Shown here: positions 10,615 to 19,996 of the stretch, piece after piece | Layout of the letters: each line of letters starts with the position of its first letter | How positions within the stretch are numbered: position 1 is the first letter of the stretch | Origin: Balneolales bacterium | GTDB taxonomy: Bacteria > Bacteroidota > Rhodothermia > Balneolales > HLUCCA01 | Assembly: GCA_041749075.1 (NCBI GenBank) | Contig: JBGTBY010000031.1 | Coordinates: 148,342-212,341 of the forward strand | DNA length: 64,000 nucleotides | Direction of reading: 5' to 3' | Position numbers and translations under genes: made by a program | Notes under the pieces: generated by a model | Told to the model about the DNA's origin: nothing | Databases searched by the model: none | What the model saw: only the letters and a program-made list of their open reading frames with translations

Positions 10615-12174
10615 TCACCCCAACCACCCCTCCCGATCCAGATTCCGATATTGGATGGCTTCGGCCAGGTGATGCGTGCGGATCTCCTCACTTCCGTCCA
10701 GATCGGCGATGGTGCGGGACACCTTCAGGATGCGGTCGTACGCACGGGCGCTGAGACCGAGCATGGTCAGCGCTTTTTTCAAGAGCGCGGTTCCGGTATC
10801 ATCGATCTTGCACAATTTCCGGACCAGCTTCGAGTGCATCTGCGCGTTGTTGTAAATCCCTTTCATGCCCATGAAGCGATGCAGTTGGCGCTCACGAGCC
10901 AAAATCACACGTTGTCTGATATGCAACGACGTTTCGCCTTCATGGCGGGATGTGAGATCATCGAAGTGCAATTTCGGAACTTCGATATGGAGGTCGATCC
11001 GATCCAGCAAGGGTCCGCTGATCTTGTTCAAGTATCGTTGCATCGCCATTTGCTGTGAGCCCGAGGCCGCGCCCGGATCATACCAATCTCCGCTGGGCGA
11101 CGGATTCATGCTCGCAACCAACATCACCCGCGACGGATATTTCACGCTCATCTTGGCGCGGGAGATCGAGACAAATCCATCTTCCAATGGCTGGCGCATC
11201 ACTTCCAGAGCGCTGCGTTTGAACTCGGGCAACTCGTCAAGAAATAACACTCCGTTGTGGGCCAATGACATTTCGCCAGGCATGGGCGTGCTCCCGCCTC
11301 CGACCAAAGCCACATCCGAAATGGTGTGATGCGGCGCACGAAATGGACGCGTCGACACCAACCCACGCTCCTTATGCAGCATTCCGGTGACAGAATGAAT
11401 CTTCGTGGCCTCAAGCGCTTCCTCGGTGCTGAGAGGAGGCAAGATGCCAGGCAAGCGCCGCGCCATCATGGTTTTCCCAGATCCGGGCGGACCCACAAGA
11501 ATGATATTATGTCCACCGGCTGCGGCCACTTCCAACGCCCGCTTCACATTTTCTTGTCCTTTCACATCCGAAAAATCGAATCCGGGATCCATCTGCGCCG
11601 GACCCAGAATATCCTTGATGTCGGTTTTGATCGGTTCGATCGTCATCAGCCCGTTCAACATGTCCACCACATCCTTCAACTTGGATACGGCCAGCACACG
11701 AATCCCATCCACCACACCGGCTTCCATGCCATTATCTATTGGAAGGATGATGCTGTCGAAGCCACGGTCGCGAGCCTCAACGGCGATCGGTAGCACACCT
11801 TTCACCGGACGCACCGTGCCATCCAGTGCCAATTCGCCTAATATCACGGTGTTGGCCAGTTCATCGAGCTTCACTTGGTTGGATGCGGCAAGTAACCCCA
11901 TCGCGATAGCCAGATCGAAGGCGCTTCCTTCTTTGGGGAGATCGGCCGGGGCGAGGTTAACGGTCACGCGGCCATAAGGAAAACTATAGCCTGAGTTTTT
12001 GAACGCCGCTTCGATGCGGCTGTACGACTCATGAATGGCTTTATCGGGGAGGCCGACGAGATTGTACTTGGGAAGTCCGAACGCGATGTTCGTTTCGACG
12101 TGAATGATATGCGCGTCAACGCCATAGGTCGACGCGCAGGTGATCTGACTGAGCATGGATTCTCCTCTGTTCAT
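10615..12174 (-). CDS. comM: YifB/ComM family Mg-chelatase-like AAA+ ATPase
   Basis: 519 aa. Lon-like N-domain, Walker A GPPGSGKTMMARRLPGILPPL, and C-terminal Mg-chelatase subunit ChlI-like region. Confidence 0.9.
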   Translation of the reverse strand: MNRGESMLSQITCASTYGVDAHIIHVETNIAFGLPKYNLVGLPDKAIHESYSRIEAAFKNSGYSFPYGRVTVNLAPADLPKEGSAFDLAIAMGLLAASNQVKLDELANTVILGELALDGTVRPVKGVLPIAVEARDRGFDSIILPIDNGMEAGVVDGIRVLAVSKLKDVVDMLNGLMTIEPIKTDIKDILGPAQMDPGFDFSDVKGQENVKRALEVAAAGGHNIILVGPPGSGKTMMARRLPGILPPLSTEEALEATKIHSVTGMLHKERGLVSTRPFRAPHHTISDVALVGGGSTPMPGEMSLAHNGVLFLDELPEFKRSALEVMRQPLEDGFVSISRAKMSVKYPSRVMLVASMNPSPSGDWYDPGAASGSQQMAMQRYLNKISGPLLDRIDLHIEVPKLHFDDLTSRHEGETSLHIRQRVILARERQLHRFMGMKGIYNNAQMHSKLVRKLCKIDDTGTALLKKALTMLGLSARAYDRILKVSRTIADLDGSEEIRTHHLAEAIQYRNLDREGWLG

Positions 12175-12309
12175 AGGGTTATTCTATACAGAGGCGGAAA
12201 ACCGGAAAATCTTACATCCCCATCCCGACTTTTTATCCTAAAAAAATGCACCATTGCGTGGATTGGCACGTAGGTCTGAAGTACATTACACTAAAACAGG
12301 AGTCACATC

Positions 12310-12618
12310 ATGGCACAAACCTTCTTCGAAGAAATCAACGTCACCGGCAAAGACCTTCTCAAGCGCATCAAAAAATTGATCAAAGAAGGCAATGTGCGCC
12401 GACTCATCATCAAGAACAAAAAAGGTGACAAACTTCTCGAAATGCCCCTTACCATGGGTGCGGCGAGTCTGGGTGGGATGATGATTTTAACGCCGTTTCT
12501 GTCTGCGATTTCCTTCATCGCGTTGATGGTGACCGAAGCCACTATATTGGTCGAGCGCGATGCGAAAGCCGATCCGAATGAAGTGGAAGTGGATGATATT
12601 GAGATCGTGGAAGAGTAG
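12310..12618 (+). CDS. DUF4342 domain protein
   Basis: 102 aa. KDLLKRIKKLIKEGNVRRLIIKNKKGDKLLEMPL pattern plus a hydrophobic segment. AGGAG lies 9 nt upstream of the ATG. Confidence 0.7.
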   Translation: MAQTFFEEINVTGKDLLKRIKKLIKEGNVRRLIIKNKKGDKLLEMPLTMGAASLGGMMILTPFLSAISFIALMVTEATILVERDAKADPNEVEVDDIEIVEE

Positions 12619-12765
12619 TTAAAGCGTTAAAGCGTTAAAGCGTGAAAACGTGGAGGTGTAGAAGTGTTGGAGAATTCTTCACATTTTTACGCTTTCACGT
12701 TTTTACGTTTTAACACCTATACATTTTAACGCTTTCACGTTTTCACATTTCTACACAAAAAAGTC
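12619..12765. repeat. Gene-less word palindrome filling the whole intergenic spacer
   Basis: TTAAAGCG x3 plus TGAAAACG at 12619-12650. Centre GAATTC at 12672-12677. The right arm is built from the complementary words (CGCTTTCAC, CGTTTTAAC, CACGTTTTCAC). Confidence 0.6.
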
Positions 12766-13581
12766 ATGGACTTTTTGATCGACTACTTCAGCACCATCTC
12801 TTCCGCGCATCGGGCGGCGATCTTAGTAGGGGGCATCACCTTTTTCTGGGTGATGGAAAGCGCAGTACCGCTGGTTCGGTTCGAGTACCGGAAATGGTCG
12901 CATGCGCTGATCAACTTCTTCTTCACCTTCACCACCATCGTGGTGAACTTCGCGCTGGCCTTCATCCTGCTATTAACGGCAGATTGGGCCGTTGGACATC
13001 AATTCGGGCTTTTCTTCCTCATTCCAGAGTTACCGTTTTGGCTGTATCTGTTGGCTGGACTGATGTTCTTGGATCTGATATCGGCGTGGTTTGCGCATTG
13101 GATCCAGCATAAGACGAAATGGATGTGGCGCTTGCACCTCATCCACCATACGGATCAGGAGGTGGACACGACGTCGGCGAACAGGCATCATCCGGGCGAG
13201 AGCGTCATCCGTTTTGCTTTCACGACCTTGGCGGTACTCATGTTAGGCACACCGATGTGGATGGTGTTTTTGTATCAGAGTCTGAGTGTGGTGCTGAGTC
13301 AGTTCAACCATGCGAACATCTCGCTGCCGTTGTGGCTGGATCGGGGGATGAGTTGGGTGATCGTGTCGCCGGACATGCATAAGGTGCATCATCATTATGT
13401 GATGCCATATACCGATTCGAATTACGGGAACATCTTTTCGGTGTGGGATCGGCTATTCGGCACCTTCATGACGCTCGAGCGCGGTAACATCACCTACGGC
13501 GTAGACACGCATATGGAGCCCGAGACCGTGAACGATGTGAAGAGATTGTTGAGGGTGCCGTTTGAGGGGAGGGAGAAGTAG
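12766..13581 (+). CDS. Sterol desaturase / fatty-acid hydroxylase family membrane protein
   Basis: His boxes HWIQH, HLIHH and HKVHHH. Multiple TM segments. Confidence 0.8.
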   Translation: MDFLIDYFSTISSAHRAAILVGGITFFWVMESAVPLVRFEYRKWSHALINFFFTFTTIVVNFALAFILLLTADWAVGHQFGLFFLIPELPFWLYLLAGLMFLDLISAWFAHWIQHKTKWMWRLHLIHHTDQEVDTTSANRHHPGESVIRFAFTTLAVLMLGTPMWMVFLYQSLSVVLSQFNHANISLPLWLDRGMSWVIVSPDMHKVHHHYVMPYTDSNYGNIFSVWDRLFGTFMTLERGNITYGVDTHMEPETVNDVKRLLRVPFEGREK

Positions 13582-13733
13582 ATGCTGTCCGCAAGCCTCA
13601 CTTAACATCGACGTTATGTGGCGATTCTGGATAATTCATTGTTCCAGATTACGTAGTGATTTCGGCTCGTAGGTTATTAATAAATAATCGGCTACGTCGA
13701 TTTGATAGGGCAATAAGTAACACTGTCCGCAAG
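13581..13733 (+). repeat. TGTCCGCAAG-element, locus A (two 10-mer copies at 13586 and 13724)
   Basis: GATGCTGTCCGCAAG...CCAGATTACGTAGTGATTTC...hairpin...CGATTTGATAGGGCAATAAGTAACACTGTCCGCAAG. Alignable end to end with locus B. Confidence 0.85.
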
Positions 13734-13749
13734 TTGATATAAACTCCAA

Positions 13750-15429
13750 TCAATTCTTCTCAACTTCATCGAGTTGAACGGCGACAGTCGACATCGCCAC
13801 ATCCACTGAAAAGCCCTCATTCGCCCCGATTTCTAGTCCGAATTCGGTGGTTGCGTATCCCACAAAGCTCACTCGCACCGTGTACTTCCCAGCTTCCGAT
13901 AGATTCACGACAAATTTTCCATCACCTTGTGAAACGGCTCCTCTCTGAGTGGTATCGCCGGTTTTTTTGATGGAGATGTTCGCACCCATCAATGGTTCTT
14001 TAGTACGGGAATCGAGGATTTGTCCACGTAAGAATGGGCTTGCCGCGTCGGTCTCAATCCGGCGTTGCTGAACCGAGATTCCTTGCTCAACGCCAGCAAC
14101 GGTTGGCAATCGAAACACTATCGGAACTTGAAATTGGACCTTCACTGGGCGTCCGCGCTGCATTCCGGGTGTGAATTTCACTCCGCTTATAGCTTCGATC
14201 GCCGCTTCGTCGCATCCACCACCAATGCCTCGCAACACTTTTGGCTCGGTCACATTTCCTTGCTCATCCACGATGAACTCGACCAACACACGGCCCTCGA
14301 TTCCGGCTCTGCGAGCGATTTCCGGATAACGGACCCGATCGAAAATCGCTTTCATGCCGCCAACGGGTTCCGGCATCCGCTCGACGACGATAAACACTTC
14401 CGGCGCCTCTTCAATTGGAGGTGGCGGTGGTGGTTGGTTGCTCGTGATGCGGCCCAATGTGAGGATTCCGCTGATGAGAAGGAACAGTGCGATCGGCATG
14501 ATCGCCGAAAAGCGAGTCGATGCAGGGTACGTGGTTTTCATGGTTTGAATCCGTTCGTGAATGTGTTTGGATGAGGTGGCCATCGATAAGACAACCGATG
14601 GTTTGGGTTGAGTTGGAGTGCCCACAAAGTCGAGCAATAAGGACGCATAGGATTTCAGCAGATCCGGACGCATACCGATCACATCCGCATCACAGGAGAG
14701 TTCACGATAGCGATGTAAGTCGCGTATCAACCGATGCACCATCGGATGGAAAATGAACGTCGCTTTGATGAGATGTTCCGCATATTGTGCTGCGAAATCG
14801 CCACGCCGGATGTGTGTGAGCTCATGGGATAAGATGAGGCGGCTTGCCAACTCGTCCCTCGTCTCCTCGGGGAGCACGATCACCGCGCGACGCCAGCCAA
14901 ATGTGTGGGGGATTGTGCCGGGGGAGGCCACCATCAGCCGGAACGGCTGCTTTATTCCCATTTCAAGGGCAATATCCGCAGCCAGCGATTGAAGCGATTC
15001 GGGCGCCGGCTTCAATTTGCTGGACCGATACACATGCAATGCGATGTGGTTTGCGGCGTGACGCATCCATCCCACAATCGAAGCCAACATCACGCCAAAT
15101 GTGAGCAGGCCGAGGGCGACGTACCAACTCCATCCGAACTCACTCGCATCAATGGGATCCACACGAACGACATCGTCTCCGACCACGATCAGCCAATCAT
15201 GAATCGGGGTTGCGATCAGAAATGACGGCGCTTCCGGAATCAGATTCAGAAGAAGAATCCCTGCGGGAAGGGAGGTGAGCACCGCATATCGCAGCTTGAG
15301 CTGGAGTTGCGGGTGACCCGACATCCGCCTCGCAAGGAGCAAGGAAAGAGGCGCGAGGAGCGTCCAGATGCCGACCGGCAGCCAGAAACGGAGAAGAGCG
15401 GATGACCCGAAATCGTGGAGGAATTCCAT
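13750..15429 (-). CDS. BlaR1-like M56 peptidase fused to TonB C-terminal and CarboxypepD_reg-like domains
   Basis: HELTHIRRGD zinc motif, Pro-rich linker PPPPPPIEE, TonB-C motif PEPVGGMKAIFDRVRYPEIARRAGIEGRV, and C-terminal LRGQILDSRTKEPLMGANI. Confidence 0.85.
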   Translation of the reverse strand: MEFLHDFGSSALLRFWLPVGIWTLLAPLSLLLARRMSGHPQLQLKLRYAVLTSLPAGILLLNLIPEAPSFLIATPIHDWLIVVGDDVVRVDPIDASEFGWSWYVALGLLTFGVMLASIVGWMRHAANHIALHVYRSSKLKPAPESLQSLAADIALEMGIKQPFRLMVASPGTIPHTFGWRRAVIVLPEETRDELASRLILSHELTHIRRGDFAAQYAEHLIKATFIFHPMVHRLIRDLHRYRELSCDADVIGMRPDLLKSYASLLLDFVGTPTQPKPSVVLSMATSSKHIHERIQTMKTTYPASTRFSAIMPIALFLLISGILTLGRITSNQPPPPPPIEEAPEVFIVVERMPEPVGGMKAIFDRVRYPEIARRAGIEGRVLVEFIVDEQGNVTEPKVLRGIGGGCDEAAIEAISGVKFTPGMQRGRPVKVQFQVPIVFRLPTVAGVEQGISVQQRRIETDAASPFLRGQILDSRTKEPLMGANISIKKTGDTTQRGAVSQGDGKFVVNLSEAGKYTVRVSFVGYATTEFGLEIGANEGFSVDVAMSTVAVQLDEVEKN

Positions 15430-15431
15430 GG

Positions 15432-15806
15432 TTAGTCGAGTTTTTGAATGATATCGTTGAGCGCGGCACGTTCCTCATCCGAAAGTGACTCCGATTCGGC
15501 GAGTGTTTGCACCAAAGCCATCGGTGAGCCGCGAAAGACCTTGTTCATGAGGTGGGACAGCAGTGTTTTACGGACATCGGCCGGGTCGATCGCCGCCTGA
15601 TACACATAGGAAACACCCGATTTGTTGACCTTGAGGAATCCTTTCTTGGCCAGATTCTGCATGATGGTCATGATCGTGGTGTAGGCCACGGACCGTACGC
15701 TGAGGATTCGATCGTGAACCTGGGAAACCGTTGCGGTTTTCAATTCCCAGACCACATTGAGGATTTCCATTTCGGTGTCGCCGAGAGCGAAGGTTGATTT
15801 GTTCAT
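15432..15806 (-). CDS. blaI: BlaI/MecI/CopY family transcriptional repressor
   Basis: 124 aa winged-helix protein (EMEILNVVWELKTATVSQVHDRI). Directly upstream of the blaR1-like gene. Confidence 0.85.
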   Translation of the reverse strand: MNKSTFALGDTEMEILNVVWELKTATVSQVHDRILSVRSVAYTTIMTIMQNLAKKGFLKVNKSGVSYVYQAAIDPADVRKTLLSHLMNKVFRGSPMALVQTLAESESLSDEERAALNDIIQKLD

Positions 15807-15812
15807 ACGAAC

Positions 15813-15841
15813 AACATAATACTAATGAGGTAGTATATCAA
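15813..15841 (-). promoter_or_regulatory. Candidate blaI promoter with overlapping dyad operator
   Basis: Minus strand reads TTGATA-N17-TATGTT, ending 6 nt before the blaI ATG. The 17-nt spacer contains the perfect dyad ATACTA-N6-TAGTAT (15819-15836), resembling BlaI/MecI TACTAC...GTAGTA operators. Confidence 0.5.
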
Positions 15842-16004
15842 GGGGGAAGTGGATGCTGTCCGCAAGTATCACTTAATAACACCGTTATGAGGCGAATATG
15901 GCGAATCTATAGTGCCAGATTACGTAACGATTTCAGGTCGTAGGTCGATTATTATCATGTGACTACATCGATTTGACAGGGCAATAAGTAACACTGTCCG
16001 CAAG
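15842..16004 (+). repeat. TGTCCGCAAG-element, locus B (copies at 15857 and 15995)
   Basis: GGGGGAAGTGGATGCTGTCCGCAAG...CCAGATTACGTAACGATTTC...hairpin...CGATTTGACAGGGCAATAAGTAACACTGTCCGCAAG. Confidence 0.85.
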
Positions 16005-16021
16005 TGAATCTAAACACCGTG

Positions 16022-17398
16022 CTAATTCTGCAGTCGGAACACGATCGGCATTTCCATATACGCCGGAATCGGGTACCCGTCGATGTCGAGGGCGGGGGTG
16101 AATCGTGATTGCATGATTGCCCTGACGGCCGCCTCGTCACAACCGCCACCTATTCCCCTGATTACCTTTGGATTCAAAGCTCGTCCCGTTCCGTCTACGA
16201 TAAATCCGACAACAACCTGTCCCTGGATCCTATTGCGACGGGCTTCTTCCGGATAATCGACCCTCGTGTAAAGCGATTGCATCCCACCAACCGGTTCCGG
16301 CATCTTCACAGGAATGGCTCCAAGTGGTTTTTTCATGATACGGGCTCCGTCTTCGGTCGCGATGACGAGCGAATCTCCGATTTCTGCCACATCATACACG
16401 TTGTTCGATAGTCCTTCCTCGAGTCGATACAAGGTGGCCCGGCCCGTGGCGGGATATAACCGAACCCAGCCATCTTCGCGAGTGCCAAGCAAGTGATTGA
16501 AGCCTGCGCGAACCCCATAGACACGCATTTCGGTTGGATTCTCACTGAGTTGATAGTGGGTGAATCGCTTCAGGTCTTCCTGGATTTTCACGATTCCTGC
16601 CAATGAGGAGGTATAGATATCATTTTTGAAGCGCACGATGCCATCTGGAAGTAGCTCGTGATGGGAAATACCCAGAATCAGATGGGCAAACGTGGTGTCG
16701 GGAAGAGTGTGTTCGAGGTATGCCGCACCCAATCCTCCTTCATCTAGCATCACCCATCTTCCATTCTTTTCAAATAAAATCGCATTCCGATTGTAGGGAA
16801 GCTCTTCATCCTGGTCGATGATCTGCGCCTCAAGACGTTCAAGATCCACATGAGCCAATCCGCCATTGAATCCGATGTACATTCCGGAATCGGTGGCTTG
16901 GCAGGCTTGGATGACCGGTGGCACCTGCTTCCCGTGCAGAAATTGCAACGAATCGATTGAACGAATCGCCGCATCCGTTCCTCTGATATGAAGCCAGCCA
17001 AGCGGAACGGGTCCTGCGATGAACGATCCTCGTGGCGCTTGTGCTTCCTTCAATCGTCGGTCTTCGGGATAGGATCCGACGGAAATCACCAAGCCATTTT
17101 CCAGGTCGCAAACGTGTCCGAACCAATCCGCTTCCGGCCAATCCATAGTCAACGGAACGGGTGGTTGATCGGATTTCTTCACCCAAACAGCACGATTCTC
17201 AACCATCACCAGAGTGTTTTCGATGGTACCCATTGAATGGATGAACCGATCAAGCAAGGGTTCGGATGCCAGCGTATCGATGGTGACGATAACCGGAACC
17301 TCGAGGGTAAACCATTCCGCGGGCGGCTCCGGTGCTGATGGTACGAGAGCGGATTTGCAAGAAACAAGGATGATGAAAAGCAGGGGGATGTATTTCAT
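16022..17398 (-). CDS. Lipoprotein with C-terminal TonB-like domain
   Basis: True start is probably [16 protein letters not shown] (lipobox) at 17398; the 79-aa His/Arg-rich extension in the track is unlikely. C-terminus [29 protein letters not shown]...[10 protein letters not shown] is paralogous to the BlaR1-like C-terminal region. Confidence 0.7.
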   Translation of the reverse strand: MKYIPLLFIILVSCKSALVPSAPEPPAEWFTLEVPVIVTIDTLASEPLLDRFIHSMGTIENTLVMVENRAVWVKKSDQPPVPLTMDWPEADWFGHVCDLENGLVISVGSYPEDRRLKEAQAPRGSFIAGPVPLGWLHIRGTDAAIRSIDSLQFLHGKQVPPVIQACQATDSGMYIGFNGGLAHVDLERLEAQIIDQDEELPYNRNAILFEKNGRWVMLDEGGLGAAYLEHTLPDTTFAHLILGISHHELLPDGIVRFKNDIYTSSLAGIVKIQEDLKRFTHYQLSENPTEMRVYGVRAGFNHLLGTREDGWVRLYPATGRATLYRLEEGLSNNVYDVAEIGDSLVIATEDGARIMKKPLGAIPVKMPEPVGGMQSLYTRVDYPEEARRNRIQGQVVVGFIVDGTGRALNPKVIRGIGGGCDEAAVRAIMQSRFTPALDIDGYPIPAYMEMPIVFRLQN

Positions 17399-18117
17399 GG
17401 GGGATCGTGTGTTTTGGATGAATCGGCTGTAATTCGGTTCAATTCGGTCAGTTCTTTTTCGGTCATGTCGCGCCATTGTCCGATGGGAACATCCAGCACC
17501 AGATTCATGATGCGGACGCGCTTGAGCTTGACCACCTCGTAACCAAGAACCTCGCACATGCGTCGGATCTGGCGGTTCAATCCTTGTGTGAGGATGATGT
17601 TGATGCGCTTGGGACCAATTTGCTTCACGTCGCATGGCCTTGTCACGGTGTCCAATATCGGGACTCCGCTTCGCATCTTATTCAAGAATTCGGGTGTGAT
17701 GGGTTTGTCTACCATCACCACATATTCCTTTTCATGATGATTGCGCGCACGAAGAATCTTGTTCACGATGTCGCCGTCGTTGGTGAGAATGATGAGTCCT
17801 TCGCTTTCCTTATCCAGACGTCCGACCGGGAAAATGCGCTTCGGGTGCTTCACAAAATCAATGATGTTGTTCTTTTCCCGCTTCTGGTCGGTGGTGCAGA
17901 CAATACCGACGGGTTTGTTCAATAAGATGTAGACGGGCTTTTCTTTCGGGGGCGATATAGCGCGGCCATCTACCTTCACCACATCGCCATCGGTGATTTT
18001 CGTACCCATTTCAGGGACTTTCCCATTGATCGTGACTCGTCCTTGCTCGATCAGTTTATCGGCTTCGCGACGGGAACAGAAGCCGGATTCGGAGAGGAAT
18101 TTATTGATGCGGGTCAT
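17395..18117 (-). CDS. rluF: RsuA/RluF-family 23S rRNA pseudouridine synthase
   Basis: S4 domain [28 protein letters not shown]. Catalytic motif [19 protein letters not shown]. Start moved to the Met at 18117 because the upstream extension runs into repeat element C. Confidence 0.85.
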   Translation of the reverse strand: MTRINKFLSESGFCSRREADKLIEQGRVTINGKVPEMGTKITDGDVVKVDGRAISPPKEKPVYILLNKPVGIVCTTDQKREKNNIIDFVKHPKRIFPVGRLDKESEGLIILTNDGDIVNKILRARNHHEKEYVVMVDKPITPEFLNKMRSGVPILDTVTRPCDVKQIGPKRINIILTQGLNRQIRRMCEVLGYEVVKLKRVRIMNLVLDVPIGQWRDMTEKELTELNRITADSSKTHDPP

Positions 18118-18133
18118 GAGTAAAGATACGGGA

Positions 18134-18495
18134 TGGGGGAGATGCTGTCCGCAAGTCAATCTAAACTCATCTCAAAACTCTACTTTCTGGGATTGAGAGT
18201 GTACAACTAAGTAATTAGATATCAATAGGATATAAAAAACATTGAATTTGTTATTTATATGGATTGAGTGTCCGCAAGTGGTTTTAGAGTCTAGCCTATT
18301 TATAAAACGCTGAAAGGATTTATTAGGATCGGTTTCCAGGATAGTACGGCATCAGTCTCGTCCATTATTCTATTTTAATAACAAAAAATAGCACAGATTT
18401 CGGAAAGAAATTACGTAATAAATTTGTTTCGTAAGTATAATAATAACAATGTAATACATTAATTTGACAGGACAATAAGTATCGCTGTCCGCAAG
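18134..18495 (+). repeat. TGTCCGCAAG-element, locus C (three copies at 18146, 18269, 18486)
   Basis: GGGGGAGATGCTGTCCGCAAG...GGATTGAGTGTCCGCAAG...GCACAGATTTCGGAAAGAAATTACGTAATAAA...AATTTGACAGGACAATAAGTATCGCTGTCCGCAAG. The last copy touches the stop codon of the next gene. Confidence 0.85.
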
Positions 18496-19467
18496 CTAAT
18501 CTATAATCCTATCCAATACACGCATGTTCGCGATGGCATCGGTGATGGGGATGGGGACCGGCGCATCATCGATGATGGCTTGCGAAAAGGCTTCACCCTG
18601 CAAGGTGTACATGTCGGAATAACCGAAACGAAGGACATCACACATCCCGCCGATCCTTACCGTCACGGTGCGCTCGATGTGATCCCCGGCATTATAGGGC
18701 ACATTCAATTCGAGGCTTCCTTTCGTGCCATAAATCACAGCTGATTGGCGATTTTCGAGCTGTGTGGAGCAAAGGATGCTGGCCGCACCATGCTCAAATT
18801 CAAGGATGGCGCTCGTCCAGATGTCGGTCTTGAATACTGGATCCCGCTTCACAACGGATCTCACTCCAACCGGCTCATCGCCGAATATCCATCGTGCCAA
18901 GTTCACACCATAACAGCCGATATCGAGCAAGGCTCCGCCGCCGATATCCGCCTGGTTCCTCAAATTCGCCGGATCCACATTGTAGTAGGTGAAATCGGTA
19001 TTCAGATGGCGCACATCCCCGATCCCGCCCGATCGGATGATATCGAACACGGCTGTCCATTGCGGATGAAACCGATACATGAACGCCTCCATCACCTTCA
19101 CAGTCGGACATCGCCGCTGCGCATCCAGCAATTGCTCCGCTTCTGTCGCCGTGATGGCAATCGGCTTTTCGCAAAGAACATGTTTTCCAGCCTCCATCGC
19201 CAAAATGGTATATGGCACATGCAAATGGTTCGGAAGTGGATTGTACACGGCATCGATCTCGGGATCGGCTAGCAAAGCCTCATAACTCCCATAGTGTTTT
19301 GGGATCCCCAGCTTCGCGGCCGCATCCTGCGCTGCCACCTCCGAACGTGACGATATCGCCACCACATCCCCATTCCGCATCTTTTGCATGGATGGAATCA
19401 CCCGCTTCATGCCGATATTGGCCGTACTAAGCACTCCCCATCGAACCCGTTTTGACTTTGTATCCAT
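18496..19467 (-). CDS. Gfo/Idh/MocA family oxidoreductase
   Basis: N-terminal Rossmann segment VRWGVLSTANIGMKRVIPSM and EKP motif (LCEKPIA). Confidence 0.85.
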   Translation of the reverse strand: MDTKSKRVRWGVLSTANIGMKRVIPSMQKMRNGDVVAISSRSEVAAQDAAAKLGIPKHYGSYEALLADPEIDAVYNPLPNHLHVPYTILAMEAGKHVLCEKPIAITATEAEQLLDAQRRCPTVKVMEAFMYRFHPQWTAVFDIIRSGGIGDVRHLNTDFTYYNVDPANLRNQADIGGGALLDIGCYGVNLARWIFGDEPVGVRSVVKRDPVFKTDIWTSAILEFEHGAASILCSTQLENRQSAVIYGTKGSLELNVPYNAGDHIERTVTVRIGGMCDVLRFGYSDMYTLQGEAFSQAIIDDAPVPIPITDAIANMRVLDRIID

Positions 19468-19612
19468 GCTTGAAAGTACGCATCTGTCCGCCGCTATTGA
19501 ATTATCCCAAAAATGGATTCATTCTGATGATGCGACAACTTGCTGTGTATGATGTGCTGAGTCGGCAGGTTGCGGCATTGATGACTAAATACAAATCCTT
19601 AAATTCTACTCC

Positions 19613-19987
19613 ATGATTCTGACACTCTTACTCCCAATCTTGCTAATGACCGGATTTGCCGCTGAGCCCGCTTCCGACGACCGTTTCGTTCATACGGTGT
19701 TTTTCTGGGTGAAAGCGGATGTGACCCAAGAACAAAAGGATGCTTTCTATCAAGGTCTATTGAAGCTCAAAACCATAGATGCCATCGAAACCGGTTATGT
19801 AGGTGTACCTGCTCCGACGAACCGGCCGGTGATCGATTCGAGTTATGAGTATTCCATCACCTTTGTGTTCAAATCGGCTGAAGACCAAGATGCCTATCAA
19901 GTGCATCCGGAGCATCATGAATTCATCGCCGCCTACAATCACCTTTGGGAAAAAGTGGTTGTATATGATGCGGTGTCACCTAAATAA
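19613..19987 (+). CDS. Dabb (stress-responsive A/B-barrel) domain protein with signal peptide
   Basis: 124 aa. Contains FVHTVFFWVK...GYVGVP...FVFKSAEDQDAYQVHPEH. Confidence 0.7.
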   Translation: MILTLLLPILLMTGFAAEPASDDRFVHTVFFWVKADVTQEQKDAFYQGLLKLKTIDAIETGYVGVPAPTNRPVIDSSYEYSITFVFKSAEDQDAYQVHPEHHEFIAAYNHLWEKVVVYDAVSPK

Positions 19988-19996
19988 ATCTTATCC

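Noticed and set aside
13700-13733. The right box of the elements as a sigma-70 or Bacteroidota-type promoter (the TTGACA in ATTTGACAGG)
   Set aside because: No -10 (TATAAT-like) or TAnnTTTG motif lies at a suitable distance. Half of the copies have TTGATA, and most copies point into the 3' end of a converging gene. Not excluded experimentally.
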